Below are positions 40,554-50,368 of a DNA stretch of 64,000 bases, piece by piece. Made by a program: the position numbers and the translations under genes. This stretch comes from Gammaproteobacteria bacterium (GTDB lineage: Bacteria > Pseudomonadota > Gammaproteobacteria > Acidiferrobacterales > SPGG2), in the NCBI GenBank assembly GCA_029861845.1, contig JAOTYM010000004.1, forward strand, positions 6,995 to 70,994, written 5' to 3'. The notes beneath the pieces were generated by a model. It saw nothing but the letters and a program-made list of their open reading frames with translations. It had not been told where the DNA came from and did not search any database. How positions within the stretch are numbered: the stretch's first letter is position 1; every line of letters begins with the position of its first letter.

Positions 40554-41666
40554 ATGTCAAACTCGTCCGAGGAAAATAGTATCGTCAATCCCGAACTGCG
40601 GGTTCGTAAGGGTCGGGGGACACTGAGCCGTCGTGACGGGCGCTATCAGGAACTACGCCGTGCGGCTATTGATGATGGTTGGGCGAGCCTCGATGAGGAA
40701 CCGCCACCGCTACGTACTACGGTAACCGAAGACACGTCTCGCACCGTAATTGCGCGTAATGAATCTCCGGATGTCCCGTTTGAGCAATCCATCAATCCCT
40801 ATCGTGGCTGTGAACACGGTTGTGTGTATTGTTATGCGCGGCCCACCCATGCCTATCTCGGACTCTCGCCGGGATTAGACTTTGAAAGCCGCCTGTTTGC
40901 CAAGCCCAATGCGGCGCGGTTGCTCGAAGCGGCATTGCGTAAACCGAGCTATCACTGCAAAGTCATCGCGCTCGGGACAAATACCGACCCCTACCAACCG
41001 ATCGAACGAAAATTCAAGATAACCCGGCAGATACTCGGCGTGCTGTCAGCCAATAACCACCCCGTTACCATCGTAACGAAATCGGCCCTGGTTGAGCGCG
41101 ATATAGATATCCTTTCAGATATGGCGGTGCGGGGACTGGCTCATGTGACATTATCGTTGACGACTTTCGATAGAAAACTTTCACGTCGCATGGAACCGCG
41201 CGCGACGGCGCCCCAACGACGGCTACAAACACTCGCCAAGTTGGCTGAAGCCGACATACCTACCGGAGTCTTAGTTGCCCCGGTAATCCCCGGTCTCAAC
41301 GATGCAGAGATCGAAAAGCTCGTCACCGCATCTGCAGAGAATGGTGTGCGCACTGTGCGTTATATTATGTTGCGTCTGCCGCTCGAGATTAGCGAGTTAT
41401 TCCAGGAGTGGCTCGATGCCCACTATCCCTTGAAAAAAGACCGAGTAATGGCACTTGTACGAGAAACGCGCGGTGGGCGTGACAACGATTCACGGTTTGG
41501 CAAACGCATGAGCGGGACGGGTAACTATGCGGCCATGATCGAACGGCGCTTTCGGTTAGTTTGTAAGAAACAGGGGTTGAATCGAGATACCAGGATTCTG
41601 GATACCGGTAAATTCCGGGTGCCGGCGCATCGCGGCGACCAACTTGCGCTGTTCGGCGCTCAGTAG
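40554..41666 (+). CDS. PA0069/Rv2578c-family radical SAM protein
   Basis: SINPYRGCEHGCVYCYARP, TNTDPYQP, C-terminal QLALF clamp-binding-like motif. Confidence 0.9.
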   Translation: MSNSSEENSIVNPELRVRKGRGTLSRRDGRYQELRRAAIDDGWASLDEEPPPLRTTVTEDTSRTVIARNESPDVPFEQSINPYRGCEHGCVYCYARPTHAYLGLSPGLDFESRLFAKPNAARLLEAALRKPSYHCKVIALGTNTDPYQPIERKFKITRQILGVLSANNHPVTIVTKSALVERDIDILSDMAVRGLAHVTLSLTTFDRKLSRRMEPRATAPQRRLQTLAKLAEADIPTGVLVAPVIPGLNDAEIEKLVTASAENGVRTVRYIMLRLPLEISELFQEWLDAHYPLKKDRVMALVRETRGGRDNDSRFGKRMSGTGNYAAMIERRFRLVCKKQGLNRDTRILDTGKFRVPAHRGDQLALFGAQ

Positions 41667-41675
41667 AAATAACAG

Positions 41676-42956
41676 TCAGTTGCGAAGCATCAACGGCATA
41701 TAGTTGTCTGGCTTGATGCCATAAGCACCTGGTTCAAGTACACGATCAATCTCGCAAGGCTGACCGTCTGCAGTCGTTTGGTGCGTGAGTTTAATCGTCT
41801 TGGGCGAGTTATACGGCGATTTGTCCGGCATCAACACCGGCGTTATATGTGGTTTCAGACGCCTAACTTGGTTTACGGTTACAACCACGCCGATGTCACC
41901 GGTGTTTAGCTCGACGATGGTACCGATGGGATAAATCCCCATGCAGCGAATGAAGTGTTCTACTAGCAGCGTTTCAAACTCACTATCGCGCCAATCGTAG
42001 ATATCTTGCAATGCTGTGTGGGCCGAAATGGGCTCGCGATAGGAACTCTGGCTGATGAGCGAATCGTAGCAATCAACGATACCAATGATCTGGGCATAGG
42101 ACGGAATCTGATCTTTTCTGAGCCCACGCAAATATCCCGAGCCATTCCACCTTTCGTGATGATAGCCGGCGCCATCTATTACTGCGGCCGAAAGACCTTT
42201 CGACTCACTGAGAATCTCGACGCCCCATCGAACGTGTCGCTGCATCACGTCATATTCTTCCGATGTCAATCGGTCTGGTTTATTCAGTATTTCAGTTGGG
42301 ACTTTTGCTTTTCCTACATCATGAAGCAATGTCGCTATGCCAAGCGTTGATAGTTCTGTCGATCCCATTCCCAAGTGACGGCCGAAGGTGAGAGCGAAGA
42401 TGCAGGTATGTACACTGTGGCGCACCGTCATGTCCGCAATGTTTTGCAATTGACCAAAGCACATTAGCGCATTGGGGTTGCGGATGATGCTATCAACCAT
42501 GCACGACACTACTTGTGTGACATTGGTTGTGTCTACATGTCTTGCGGACCTTGCGTCTTCCATCAGCAGCTTGGTTGCCGCCACGAGCTCATTGTAAGTG
42601 CGTGCGACAGCACGAATTTCATCCTCCAATTCCGTAGTGTCGTGGTATCTTGGTGTTGCGTTGTGCAGACTTGGATTGAGCTTGAGAACCTCGAAGTCGA
42701 GCCCTTGTTGTTGTTCTAGATCGGCAGTCTTTGCTGGCGGCCATTTGCCGGCCGGCGGGTGTCGTGTGCTCGGATAGGGGAGGTCGTCGGGTACGTCAAT
42801 GTAGACGTACTGGCACTGACGTTTTAGTTTGTCAATTTGCGCCTTTGAATTGATATGAAGCCCGCGAAACGAAGGCAGAGAGTTGAGCTGAGGACGATCG
42901 AAACCCGAGACATACATCCCCAACTCGAGTTCCTCGACGGCTATCTTCTTCTTCAT
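41676..42956 (-). CDS. HD-GYP c-di-GMP phosphodiesterase with N-terminal DUF3391
   Basis: LELGMYV N-terminus, LLHDVGK, HHERWNGSGYL (GYP variant), GIYPIG. Confidence 0.85.
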   Translation of the reverse strand: MKKKIAVEELELGMYVSGFDRPQLNSLPSFRGLHINSKAQIDKLKRQCQYVYIDVPDDLPYPSTRHPPAGKWPPAKTADLEQQQGLDFEVLKLNPSLHNATPRYHDTTELEDEIRAVARTYNELVAATKLLMEDARSARHVDTTNVTQVVSCMVDSIIRNPNALMCFGQLQNIADMTVRHSVHTCIFALTFGRHLGMGSTELSTLGIATLLHDVGKAKVPTEILNKPDRLTSEEYDVMQRHVRWGVEILSESKGLSAAVIDGAGYHHERWNGSGYLRGLRKDQIPSYAQIIGIVDCYDSLISQSSYREPISAHTALQDIYDWRDSEFETLLVEHFIRCMGIYPIGTIVELNTGDIGVVVTVNQVRRLKPHITPVLMPDKSPYNSPKTIKLTHQTTADGQPCEIDRVLEPGAYGIKPDNYMPLMLRN

Positions 42957-43011
42957 TGCTAGCGCGCAAATCCTTCCTAATCGATGCGGCGGGTAAGCGC
43001 TTGATTTAACA

Positions 43012-43027
43012 TGCAATTTTCACGCCA
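43012..43027 (-). promoter_or_regulatory. sigma54 promoter of the HD-GYP gene
   Basis: minus strand TGGCGTGAAAATTGCA (GG-N10-GC, TTGC); IHF-like TATCAATGCATTC about 50 bp further upstream. Confidence 0.65.
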
Positions 43028-43346
43028 ATCGTACGCCGACCCGCGATCGACCATGATCGCGTGCGCAAGAGCCGAACGAATGCATTGATAAACAATGGAT
43101 TACGCGCACACAATGGTGCCCGGCCGCGTTCGTGGCTCGCGTTGGCCTGGGCAACCGATAAGGTATGAGTTGCCTGCCAACGTCACCCCGTGGGCGCCTT
43201 AGGTGCCCCCAAGCGTCGCCTGCAAAATCCGTCGACAGCGACGCCCACATCCAGGGGTCGACCCAGGCTAAGGCTGGGTTGGTGTGGCCGCCGGCATGCA
43301 AAGGATGAAACAATAGCGACGCACCTTTATAGAGGCGCTAGATCTC

Positions 43347-43661
43347 GTGCACAAGCTTTACACCGCTGCCGACCTTCCGGAAGCTTACATTGTCCTGAAT
43401 TTGTTAACGCAGGCGCGCATCGAGGCGCGCGTGTTCAATGAGAACGCACAAGGTGGTTTGGGGGAGATACCATTCACCCATGCCTATCCAGAGGTTTGGC
43501 TTGTGGATGAGGCGGACATGGAACGCGCCAATCAGGTGATCGAAAACTACGAATCGTCTGAAGTCGAAGGCAACATCTACTGTGACGGATGTCGCGAGGA
43601 AAACCCGGCTAACTTTCAGTATTGTTGGAACTGTGGCGAACTAATCAACGAGCGGCCGTGA
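43347..43661 (+). CDS. DUF2007 (PII-like) protein with C-terminal zinc ribbon
   Basis: GGLGEIPF..AYPEVW; CDGCREEN..NFQYCWNCG. Confidence 0.8.
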   Translation: MHKLYTAADLPEAYIVLNLLTQARIEARVFNENAQGGLGEIPFTHAYPEVWLVDEADMERANQVIENYESSEVEGNIYCDGCREENPANFQYCWNCGELINERP

Positions 43662-43671
43662 GCGAATAGAC

Positions 43672-44775
43672 ATGACGACACCATCGGTTACAGCACCGAC
43701 ACAGTATCGACTCGTACCGACTCGGCTACAGGAGCGCCGAGACAAATCAAGAACAAGTTGCCATCTCTGTCTGTGGCGCTGCACGCTTCGTCACGGTCAG
43801 CGTGGTCTTTGTCAGGCCCATGTTAATCGTCATGGCACGTTGTATAACCTCTCCTACGGAATAATATCTGCGATCGATGTAGGTCCGATTGAAGCTAAAC
43901 CAGTGCGTCACTTCCGTCCCGGCAGCCGGATTATGTCTGTAGGTAGTTATGGTTGTAATTTTCGTTGTGGCGGTTGTCACAATCTCGAGATCTCATGGGG
44001 TGTGCAAGCACTCGATGCACTAGCCCGCGGCCAGGCGACGGCCGCCTACGCCCGACCCGAGGAGCTAGTGGAGGCAGCGCAACGCCATCAGGTTGATGGA
44101 ATTGCCTTTACCTACTCCGAACCCGCGGTATGGCTTGAGTATGTTATCGACGTTTCTCGGTTAGCGCGAACAGCTGGACTATTCACAGTCTACGTTTCCA
44201 ACAGCTTTGTGACGGATGAGGCGTTAACAATGATGGCGCCAGATGTTGATGTGCTGTGTTCGGATATAAAGAGTATGGATGATGCCTTTTACGCAGACAT
44301 TTGCCGGGCGGCGTCCGTAGATCAGGTGCTGGCATCCATCGAGAAGGCCAATCGACTAGGTATTCATGTCGAAACTCGGACCAATGTGATACCCAGTCGA
44401 AACGATGATCTCGAAATGTTAGGCCGCATCGCGGTATGGATCCGTGATCGTTTGGGCGCCGATAGCCCTTGGCATATCACGAAGTTCTTTCCTGCCTATA
44501 AGCTCAGCCATTTGCCGGCCACGCCGAGTGAGATCCTGTGGCGGGCACACGACACCGCACGAACGGCGGGCTTGCGCAATGTTTATGTTTACGACGACAA
44601 AGGTTGTGACTGTGCTGATGAAAATCTGCCGGTGGCGGCATATCTATCACAAGACCCCGCACAAGTGCATGCCGTAAAAAAATGTGCAGCCCCATGTTGC
44701 GGTGATGACGGGGTGTTATTGAAGAAGTATGAGCAACGACTCGATTCGCGCGACCAATCAGCTGGTGATCGGTAG
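43672..44775 (+). CDS. amrS: AmmeMemoRadiSam-type radical SAM enzyme
   Basis: N-terminal CHLC..RC, PIEAKP, GCNFRCGGCHN, AFTYSEP, PWHITKFFPAYK. Confidence 0.8.
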   Translation: MTTPSVTAPTQYRLVPTRLQERRDKSRTSCHLCLWRCTLRHGQRGLCQAHVNRHGTLYNLSYGIISAIDVGPIEAKPVRHFRPGSRIMSVGSYGCNFRCGGCHNLEISWGVQALDALARGQATAAYARPEELVEAAQRHQVDGIAFTYSEPAVWLEYVIDVSRLARTAGLFTVYVSNSFVTDEALTMMAPDVDVLCSDIKSMDDAFYADICRAASVDQVLASIEKANRLGIHVETRTNVIPSRNDDLEMLGRIAVWIRDRLGADSPWHITKFFPAYKLSHLPATPSEILWRAHDTARTAGLRNVYVYDDKGCDCADENLPVAAYLSQDPAQVHAVKKCAAPCCGDDGVLLKKYEQRLDSRDQSAGDR

Positions 44776-44789
44776 GGTGAGACAGGGTA

Positions 44790-45962
44790 TTACATGCGGG
44801 CGCTTAGCTCGGCCTCAGCCATAACCTTAAACCGCAATAAGTCGCCGCCGATATAAGACCAGGGTGTGTTTTGCTCGGAGATGATCTCCGAGAATTTCTT
44901 GGAGAATTTGGCGTATTTGTGCGTATCTTTTTCTGGCAGCGCTTCCGCTGTCGTTTCCACGAACGGGATTAGAACCTCGATCTTCTGTAGTTTCTCGCGC
45001 TTGGAACGAATATCCCGATCTTCTTCCTTGGACCGGAAGTAGATGTCTGCGTTAGACATCATCGGCGCAATTGCCCGATTTAGATTCCCAAAGTCTAGCT
45101 TGAACATCCCATACGAGCGTTGATATAGCTTAAACAATTCAATCATGTCATGTTTCGTTTTGATCAGGCGCGGGTGTGCTTTGAGACCCGTACGGCATAT
45201 CGAATACACGTCCTCATAGCTAGCTTCCTTCAAGTTGAGACTATCTTGAGTTTTTTCCCGCATGTCTGGGTTCATTACCATTTGGCACATTTCCTTCAAG
45301 TCAGCCAATATCTCGTTTACTTCCTCAGCCATTAGGCGCGACTTGTGTTTGGCGGATTTTAGTTTTTTCTCTGCTTCACCGTAATCGAATGTCTGCACAA
45401 CATCCTCCTTGATTCTTGCTTCGATCTGGCTGCGTGCCCGCGCTCCAAGTGCTCCCGATAGTCTATCCTTAAGGCGGTGCCTTGCTTCTTGGGCAATACG
45501 GTGCTCATTCGCGCACCTGGCCTCGTTCTCTTTCACACCGATGTATCTTTCCATCGTGCCATGGAGGACGCGGATACGGTTTAGAAACTCGCGGGAAAAC
45601 AACACAAACGGGCCAACAAAATCACTGTTCTCCTCCGCTGTTATTTTTAGGCGATCGAATTGGCGGGCTAATGCACTAAGCTTTTTTTCGAGCGTCTCTG
45701 CACTTCGCGATATGCCGGCCAGAATCGTGGATACGTCGGTAAACGCTTTGTTGATAGTCTTGGTTGTCTTCAATATCAAGATTAGCTTGCGCAACATGGT
45801 TTCTTCGCCGCTGGTCCGCAGAAATAATGCTTGCAGGCTCTTTTTGGCGTCCTCGAGCTGGCTGTCCGTCAGCAGCTCATGCTCTTCGATGTACGCCAAC
45901 GTTGTCATCGAGATAAGCGCCTCTTTGAGCTGGGCATCTACGATTTTGTTGGCGGTTTGCAT
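44790..45962 (-). CDS. hypothetical all-alpha / coiled-coil protein
   Basis: 390-aa ORF, K/E-rich and helical, no recognisable motif. Confidence 0.7.
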   Translation of the reverse strand: MQTANKIVDAQLKEALISMTTLAYIEEHELLTDSQLEDAKKSLQALFLRTSGEETMLRKLILILKTTKTINKAFTDVSTILAGISRSAETLEKKLSALARQFDRLKITAEENSDFVGPFVLFSREFLNRIRVLHGTMERYIGVKENEARCANEHRIAQEARHRLKDRLSGALGARARSQIEARIKEDVVQTFDYGEAEKKLKSAKHKSRLMAEEVNEILADLKEMCQMVMNPDMREKTQDSLNLKEASYEDVYSICRTGLKAHPRLIKTKHDMIELFKLYQRSYGMFKLDFGNLNRAIAPMMSNADIYFRSKEEDRDIRSKREKLQKIEVLIPFVETTAEALPEKDTHKYAKFSKKFSEIISEQNTPWSYIGGDLLRFKVMAEAELSARM

Positions 45963-46139
45963 GGCAGAAGGACGGTATCTCGGCTGAAAGAACGGGGCCT
46001 ATCTTGCCTAAAGTGGGGCACGTCCCCCGACCTCTGTCTCGAGGCTACGGCTTACACTTTTTATGATAGCATTTTTCCCTATTTAGGCATGTAGAAAACC
46101 CGGAAATCACGCGCCGCGCACTATCGGTGGAGGAAGATT

Positions 46140-47027
46140 ATGAAACGCATTGCCCTATATTTGGCGACTAATATAGCCGTACTGGTTGTGCTTAGCGTCT
46201 CGATGCGATTGCTTGGTATCGAGCGTCTGCTCGATAAGCAGGGGGTAGGCCTTGATTACAATGCGCTATTGATCTTTGCCGCCATTATCGGATTCAGCGG
46301 GTCGCTAATCTCGCTGGCGATCTCGAAGTGGACAGCAAAACGCCTGACTGGGGCTCGAATCATCGAGCAACCGACAAATTCTACCGAGACCTGGTTGTTC
46401 GAAACGGTGAAACGCCAGGCGCAACGGGCGGGCATTGGCATGCCTGAGGTCGCGGTCTACGATTCTCCGGACATGAACGCCTTTGCTACCGGGATACGGC
46501 GAAATCACGCGTTGGTGGCGGTCAGCACAGGGCTCTTGCAGTCCATGGGACAAGACGAAGTGGAGGCGGTGCTCGCGCACGAAGTCACGCATGTCGCCAA
46601 CGGCGACATGATAACTCTGGCGCTGATTCAGGGAGTGGTTAACACGTTCGTTGTCTTTTTGTCGCGCGTCATCGGCCACATTGTGGATCGCGCGGTATTC
46701 AAAACTGAGCGTGGGCATGGCCCTGCGTTTTGGATTACAGCCATCATCGCCGAGTTGGTATTGGCGGTATTGGCGAGCACGATCGTCATGTGGTTTAGTC
46801 GGCAGCGTGAATTTCGCGCCGATGCCGGCGGTGCGAAACTGGCTGGAACCGACAAGATGATAAGGGCCTTGGAGTCACTTAAACGTGGTGTCGGTGAGCG
46901 ACACTTGCCCGATCAGATGGCCGCCTTTGGGATTTCTGGCGGTATCGGTCGAGGAATCAAACGGCTTTTCACTACACATCCGCCGCTGGACGAGCGTATC
47001 GCCGCGCTGCAACGTAGATCGGCATAG
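46140..47027 (+). CDS. htpX: protease HtpX (M48)
   Basis: [34 protein letters not shown]. Confidence 0.95.
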   Translation: MKRIALYLATNIAVLVVLSVSMRLLGIERLLDKQGVGLDYNALLIFAAIIGFSGSLISLAISKWTAKRLTGARIIEQPTNSTETWLFETVKRQAQRAGIGMPEVAVYDSPDMNAFATGIRRNHALVAVSTGLLQSMGQDEVEAVLAHEVTHVANGDMITLALIQGVVNTFVVFLSRVIGHIVDRAVFKTERGHGPAFWITAIIAELVLAVLASTIVMWFSRQREFRADAGGAKLAGTDKMIRALESLKRGVGERHLPDQMAAFGISGGIGRGIKRLFTTHPPLDERIAALQRRSA

Positions 47028-47061
47028 TAGGGGGGAATCAAACGCGTGGTTGACGCGTTGG

Positions 47062-47853
47062 TTATTGGCACACGGGCAATGCTAGCGCTTGCAGTATATC
47101 GCCGTTACGTCGATCTTGCACGAATGCAACAACGCCCAAATCCTTCGCCTTCCAATCTTTGGCTAGTGTTAAAGTCTCATCAAACTTCATCCCACCTGAT
47201 TTGAGGCGAATCGGTCCAACGAATTGGCGCGCAACGAAGTTATGAGTCAACGTACGCCCAGTGTTTTCGCCCGCCTTTACGTTTCGCTTTAGCTTGTTTT
47301 CGTAAAGTACGATGTAGGCATCAACACTGTGCCTATCAGTAGCATCGGGTACGTCGGCGTTTGCCATTATTTGTAACTGCCTGGCATCCTGTTTAAGGTT
47401 TATCTGCAGCTGCGCACGCGCCTTGGACCGATTAATGTCGGCGATCGCTTTATTGACACTCTGCGCGCGCCAAGGTCGAAAATCTTTGCCATTCAAAAGG
47501 AATTGTGGGGTATAGATCGTGGGCAAACGGTTGATGGCTCCCATGCGACGTTGGCGCTCGGTGAATTTGCTTTGTGCAAAAGGGTCGCGCCAGCCGAGGT
47601 AATCCCAATAGTCCACATGTAGGGCAAGTGGGACTACCTGATCTGCGCCTAATTCGCGCGCCGGCAACGAACTCAACAATCGGTCCGCCGGCGGGCAGCT
47701 ACTGCACCCTTCAGAGGTATAAAGCTCAAGCAAAGCCACGGTGTGCTTGCCGCTGCTGGCCGAGCACTCCTGGGTTGCGGCCGGGCTGGTGGCAGATGCC
47801 AGTGAGAATCCCAGCGTAAGGAGAGATGCGACAAGCTTTTTCGATAATCTCAT
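47062..47853 (-). CDS. secreted DUF1223 thioredoxin-like protein
   Basis: signal peptide; ELYTSEGCSSCPPAD, HVDYWDYLGWRDPF, YTPQ, GEN.G..L.H. Confidence 0.88.
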   Translation of the reverse strand: MRLSKKLVASLLTLGFSLASATSPAATQECSASSGKHTVALLELYTSEGCSSCPPADRLLSSLPARELGADQVVPLALHVDYWDYLGWRDPFAQSKFTERQRRMGAINRLPTIYTPQFLLNGKDFRPWRAQSVNKAIADINRSKARAQLQINLKQDARQLQIMANADVPDATDRHSVDAYIVLYENKLKRNVKAGENTGRTLTHNFVARQFVGPIRLKSGGMKFDETLTLAKDWKAKDLGVVAFVQDRRNGDILQALALPVCQ

Positions 47854-47928
47854 AGCGAAATTATTACCCCGAAATTGAACATTGTACAGGACCGCCGATC
47901 TAATTTTTCCAACAACCCCAAGAAGTGC

Positions 47929-47946
47929 TGTGATAGTTTTGTGATA
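47929..47946 (+). promoter_or_regulatory. OmpR-type direct repeat (TGTGATA x2, 11-bp period)
   Basis: tgtgatagttttgtgataa upstream of the response regulator; same pattern upstream of the spondin gene. Confidence 0.55.
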
Positions 47947-47996
47947 ATCCCATGTTTTCCTATCTAATGTTTTTCTAGTGGCTGAGGAGCTACCGC

Positions 47997-48719
47997 GTGC
48001 CCCGCAAGATTCTCGTCATCGAAGACAGTCGTGATATAGCCCATTTATTGGAGCTCCACCTCCCTGACCTCGGCTGTGAGGTTGACGTGGTTCACGATGG
48101 TTGTGTTGGTTTGGAACGTGCGCTCGGCACGCCTTACGATTTAATTATTCTGGATCTGATGCTCCCTGGTGTGGAAGGCCTGGATATCTGTCGGCGACTT
48201 CGGGCGAGACCGAACTACACGCCGATCTTGATGTTAACTGCCAAGTCGTCGGAATTCGATCGCGTTCTGGGGCTGGAGGTGGGAGCAGATGATTATCTCA
48301 CAAAGCCTTTCAGCATTCGTGAGTTGTTAGCACGAGTGAAGGCCCTGTTCCGTCGGTTGGATGCGCTTGCTTCGCAATCGCTACTTGCTCCCGGCGAAAC
48401 TATTCATATCGGCGATCTTGCTATTGACGCAGAGAAGCGCAAAGTCACTCTAGGGAATAGGCAGATTGAGTTGACGGCCAAGGAATTCGATCTACTTGTA
48501 CAATTTGCTCACCACCCAGGCCGTGTCTATACACGGTCACAGCTGCTAGATCTTGTCTGGGGATATGGCCACGTTGGCTACGAACATACCGTTAACTCCC
48601 ATATCAACCGACTGCGCGCTAAGATCGAACAAGACCCCGCTCGGCCGCGCTACATTCTTACGGTTTGGGGGGTTGGTTATAAGTTCTTCGAAGCCAGCGA
48701 ACAACAACGGCAGGTCTAA
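47997..48719 (+). CDS. OmpR-family response regulator
   Basis: REC domain (LDLMLP, GADDYLTKPF) plus winged helix (TVNSHINRLR, TVWGVGYKF). Confidence 0.95.
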   Translation: MPRKILVIEDSRDIAHLLELHLPDLGCEVDVVHDGCVGLERALGTPYDLIILDLMLPGVEGLDICRRLRARPNYTPILMLTAKSSEFDRVLGLEVGADDYLTKPFSIRELLARVKALFRRLDALASQSLLAPGETIHIGDLAIDAEKRKVTLGNRQIELTAKEFDLLVQFAHHPGRVYTRSQLLDLVWGYGHVGYEHTVNSHINRLRAKIEQDPARPRYILTVWGVGYKFFEASEQQRQV

Positions 48720-50194
48720 TGTTTAAGACCTTATACGCTAAGCTGGCCATTGCGTTGGTGGTGTTGTTGAGTCTGATCGCCATTTTTTACATCCTATTGA
48801 CCTTGTATTCCACCCGTCTGTATCTGCAAGAGGTCGACCAGAAATTTAATCGTACACTGGCTGCAAACCTGCTTGCTGACAAGGATCTGATGACGGGAGA
48901 TCGGGTCAACGACGCAGTGCTTCAGGAGATATTTCATATGTACATGGTGATCAATCCCAACATTGAAATATACCTGTTGGATGAGCGCGGCACGATCTTG
49001 GCTTTTTCGGCGCCGCCGGGAAAGGTAAAGCGTAACAAGGTTTCACTGGAACCAGTTAGAAAGTTCCTAAGCAGCCCCGATCGTCTCCCTATTCTTGGTA
49101 GCGATCCACGTAGCCTTGATCGTAAAAAGGTATTTTCGGTTGCACCAGTAGTATCGGAAGGTAGAACGCAGGGTTACTTGTATGTTGTTTTGGGTGGGGA
49201 GGACTATCATTCAGTCGCACGGTTGCTGGAGGGCAGCTACGTTCTGCGTTTGAGCACTTGGACGGTGGTGGCCAGCTTGCTGCTTGGACTGGTGGCCGGG
49301 CTTGTCCTTTTCAACTTTCTCACCAGAAGGCTTGCTCGACTTTCCGCCGCGATGAAGGCCTTCCAAGAAAACGACCTCACAGAGCTTGATATAACTCAAG
49401 AGCTAGATGCGTCATCGGGTGACGAGATAAGCCAACTCGGCGCAACGTTCAAGGAGATGGCCGAACGGCTAGCTCAGCAGATGCACGCGCTCAAGAAAAC
49501 AGACAGGTTGAGGCGCGAGCTGGTCGCTAATGTTTCGCACGATCTTCGAACACCTATTGCGTCACTGCAAGGCTACTTAGAGACCTTGTTGCTCAAAGAG
49601 GGGAAACTATCGGCGGTAGAGCAACGCAAATATCTTAAGATTGCTATGCGGCACAGCGAGCAGTTGGCTAAATTGGTGGCTGAGCTGTTCGAGCTTGCAA
49701 AGCTGGATTCGCAAGAGATCCAACTTCAGCGTGAGCCTTTCGCGCTGGCCGAGTTGGTGCAAGACATGCTGCTCAATTTTCAGCTCGTATCAGAAAATAC
49801 AGGTGTGAAGTTGGAACCGGACATTCCTAAGGACCTCCCACTCGTCTCTGGGGATATCGCGTTGATCGAGCGAGTGCTTGAGAATCTGATGGAGAACGCG
49901 TTTCGCCACACACCACAGGGCGGCGCGGTGAAGATAATCGTTTGCCTGGAAGAGAATGTGGTCGTGGTCTACGTAACCGATAACGGTTGCGGTATCGCGC
50001 CAGACGACCTGGCCCACATCTTCGATCGCTTCTATCAGGTGCGGAGAAATGCGCGAGAGAGGACGACGGGGGCGGGACTTGGATTAGCGATTGCGAAGCG
50101 TATCTTGGATCTTCATGGAACACCCATCGAAGTGCAAAGCGAGCTCAATGTCGGTACGACTTTTCAATTCTCACTTCCCGTCAGCAGTGCTTGA
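48719..50194 (+). CDS. sensor histidine kinase (periplasmic domain, HAMP, HisKA, HATPase)
   Basis: two TMs, SHDLRTP, NLMENA, DNGCG, GAGLGL; TAATG-coupled to the response regulator. Confidence 0.95.
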   Translation: MFKTLYAKLAIALVVLLSLIAIFYILLTLYSTRLYLQEVDQKFNRTLAANLLADKDLMTGDRVNDAVLQEIFHMYMVINPNIEIYLLDERGTILAFSAPPGKVKRNKVSLEPVRKFLSSPDRLPILGSDPRSLDRKKVFSVAPVVSEGRTQGYLYVVLGGEDYHSVARLLEGSYVLRLSTWTVVASLLLGLVAGLVLFNFLTRRLARLSAAMKAFQENDLTELDITQELDASSGDEISQLGATFKEMAERLAQQMHALKKTDRLRRELVANVSHDLRTPIASLQGYLETLLLKEGKLSAVEQRKYLKIAMRHSEQLAKLVAELFELAKLDSQEIQLQREPFALAELVQDMLLNFQLVSENTGVKLEPDIPKDLPLVSGDIALIERVLENLMENAFRHTPQGGAVKIIVCLEENVVVVYVTDNGCGIAPDDLAHIFDRFYQVRRNARERTTGAGLGLAIAKRILDLHGTPIEVQSELNVGTTFQFSLPVSSA

Positions 50195-50233
50195 CAAGCT
50201 CTTACATTGGCCCATCAATTCTTCTAGCTACTG

Positions 50234-50272
50234 TGTTATGGAAATGTGAACTTTCCGTGACGTTGTTGTGAT
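50234..50272 (+). promoter_or_regulatory. tandem direct repeats GT(G/T)A at 11-bp period (50235, 50246, 50257, 50268)
   Basis: tgttatggaaa tgtgaactttc cgtgacgttgt tgtgatt upstream of the spondin gene. Confidence 0.6.
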
Positions 50273-50368
50273 TTACCAGTGGCAAGCTTTATGACGCCCT
50301 TGGAAAGGGGTGGCGCGCTAACGCGTGTCTAACTTTGCGTAACAACCCTAGAAAGAAGGAGATCGAAA

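Noticed and set aside
45409-45987. 192-aa plus-strand ORF
   Set aside because: Antisense shadow of the 390-aa gene, with S/L/R-rich composition
46003-46120. sigma32 promoter for htpX
   Set aside because: Only weak partial matches; not supportable
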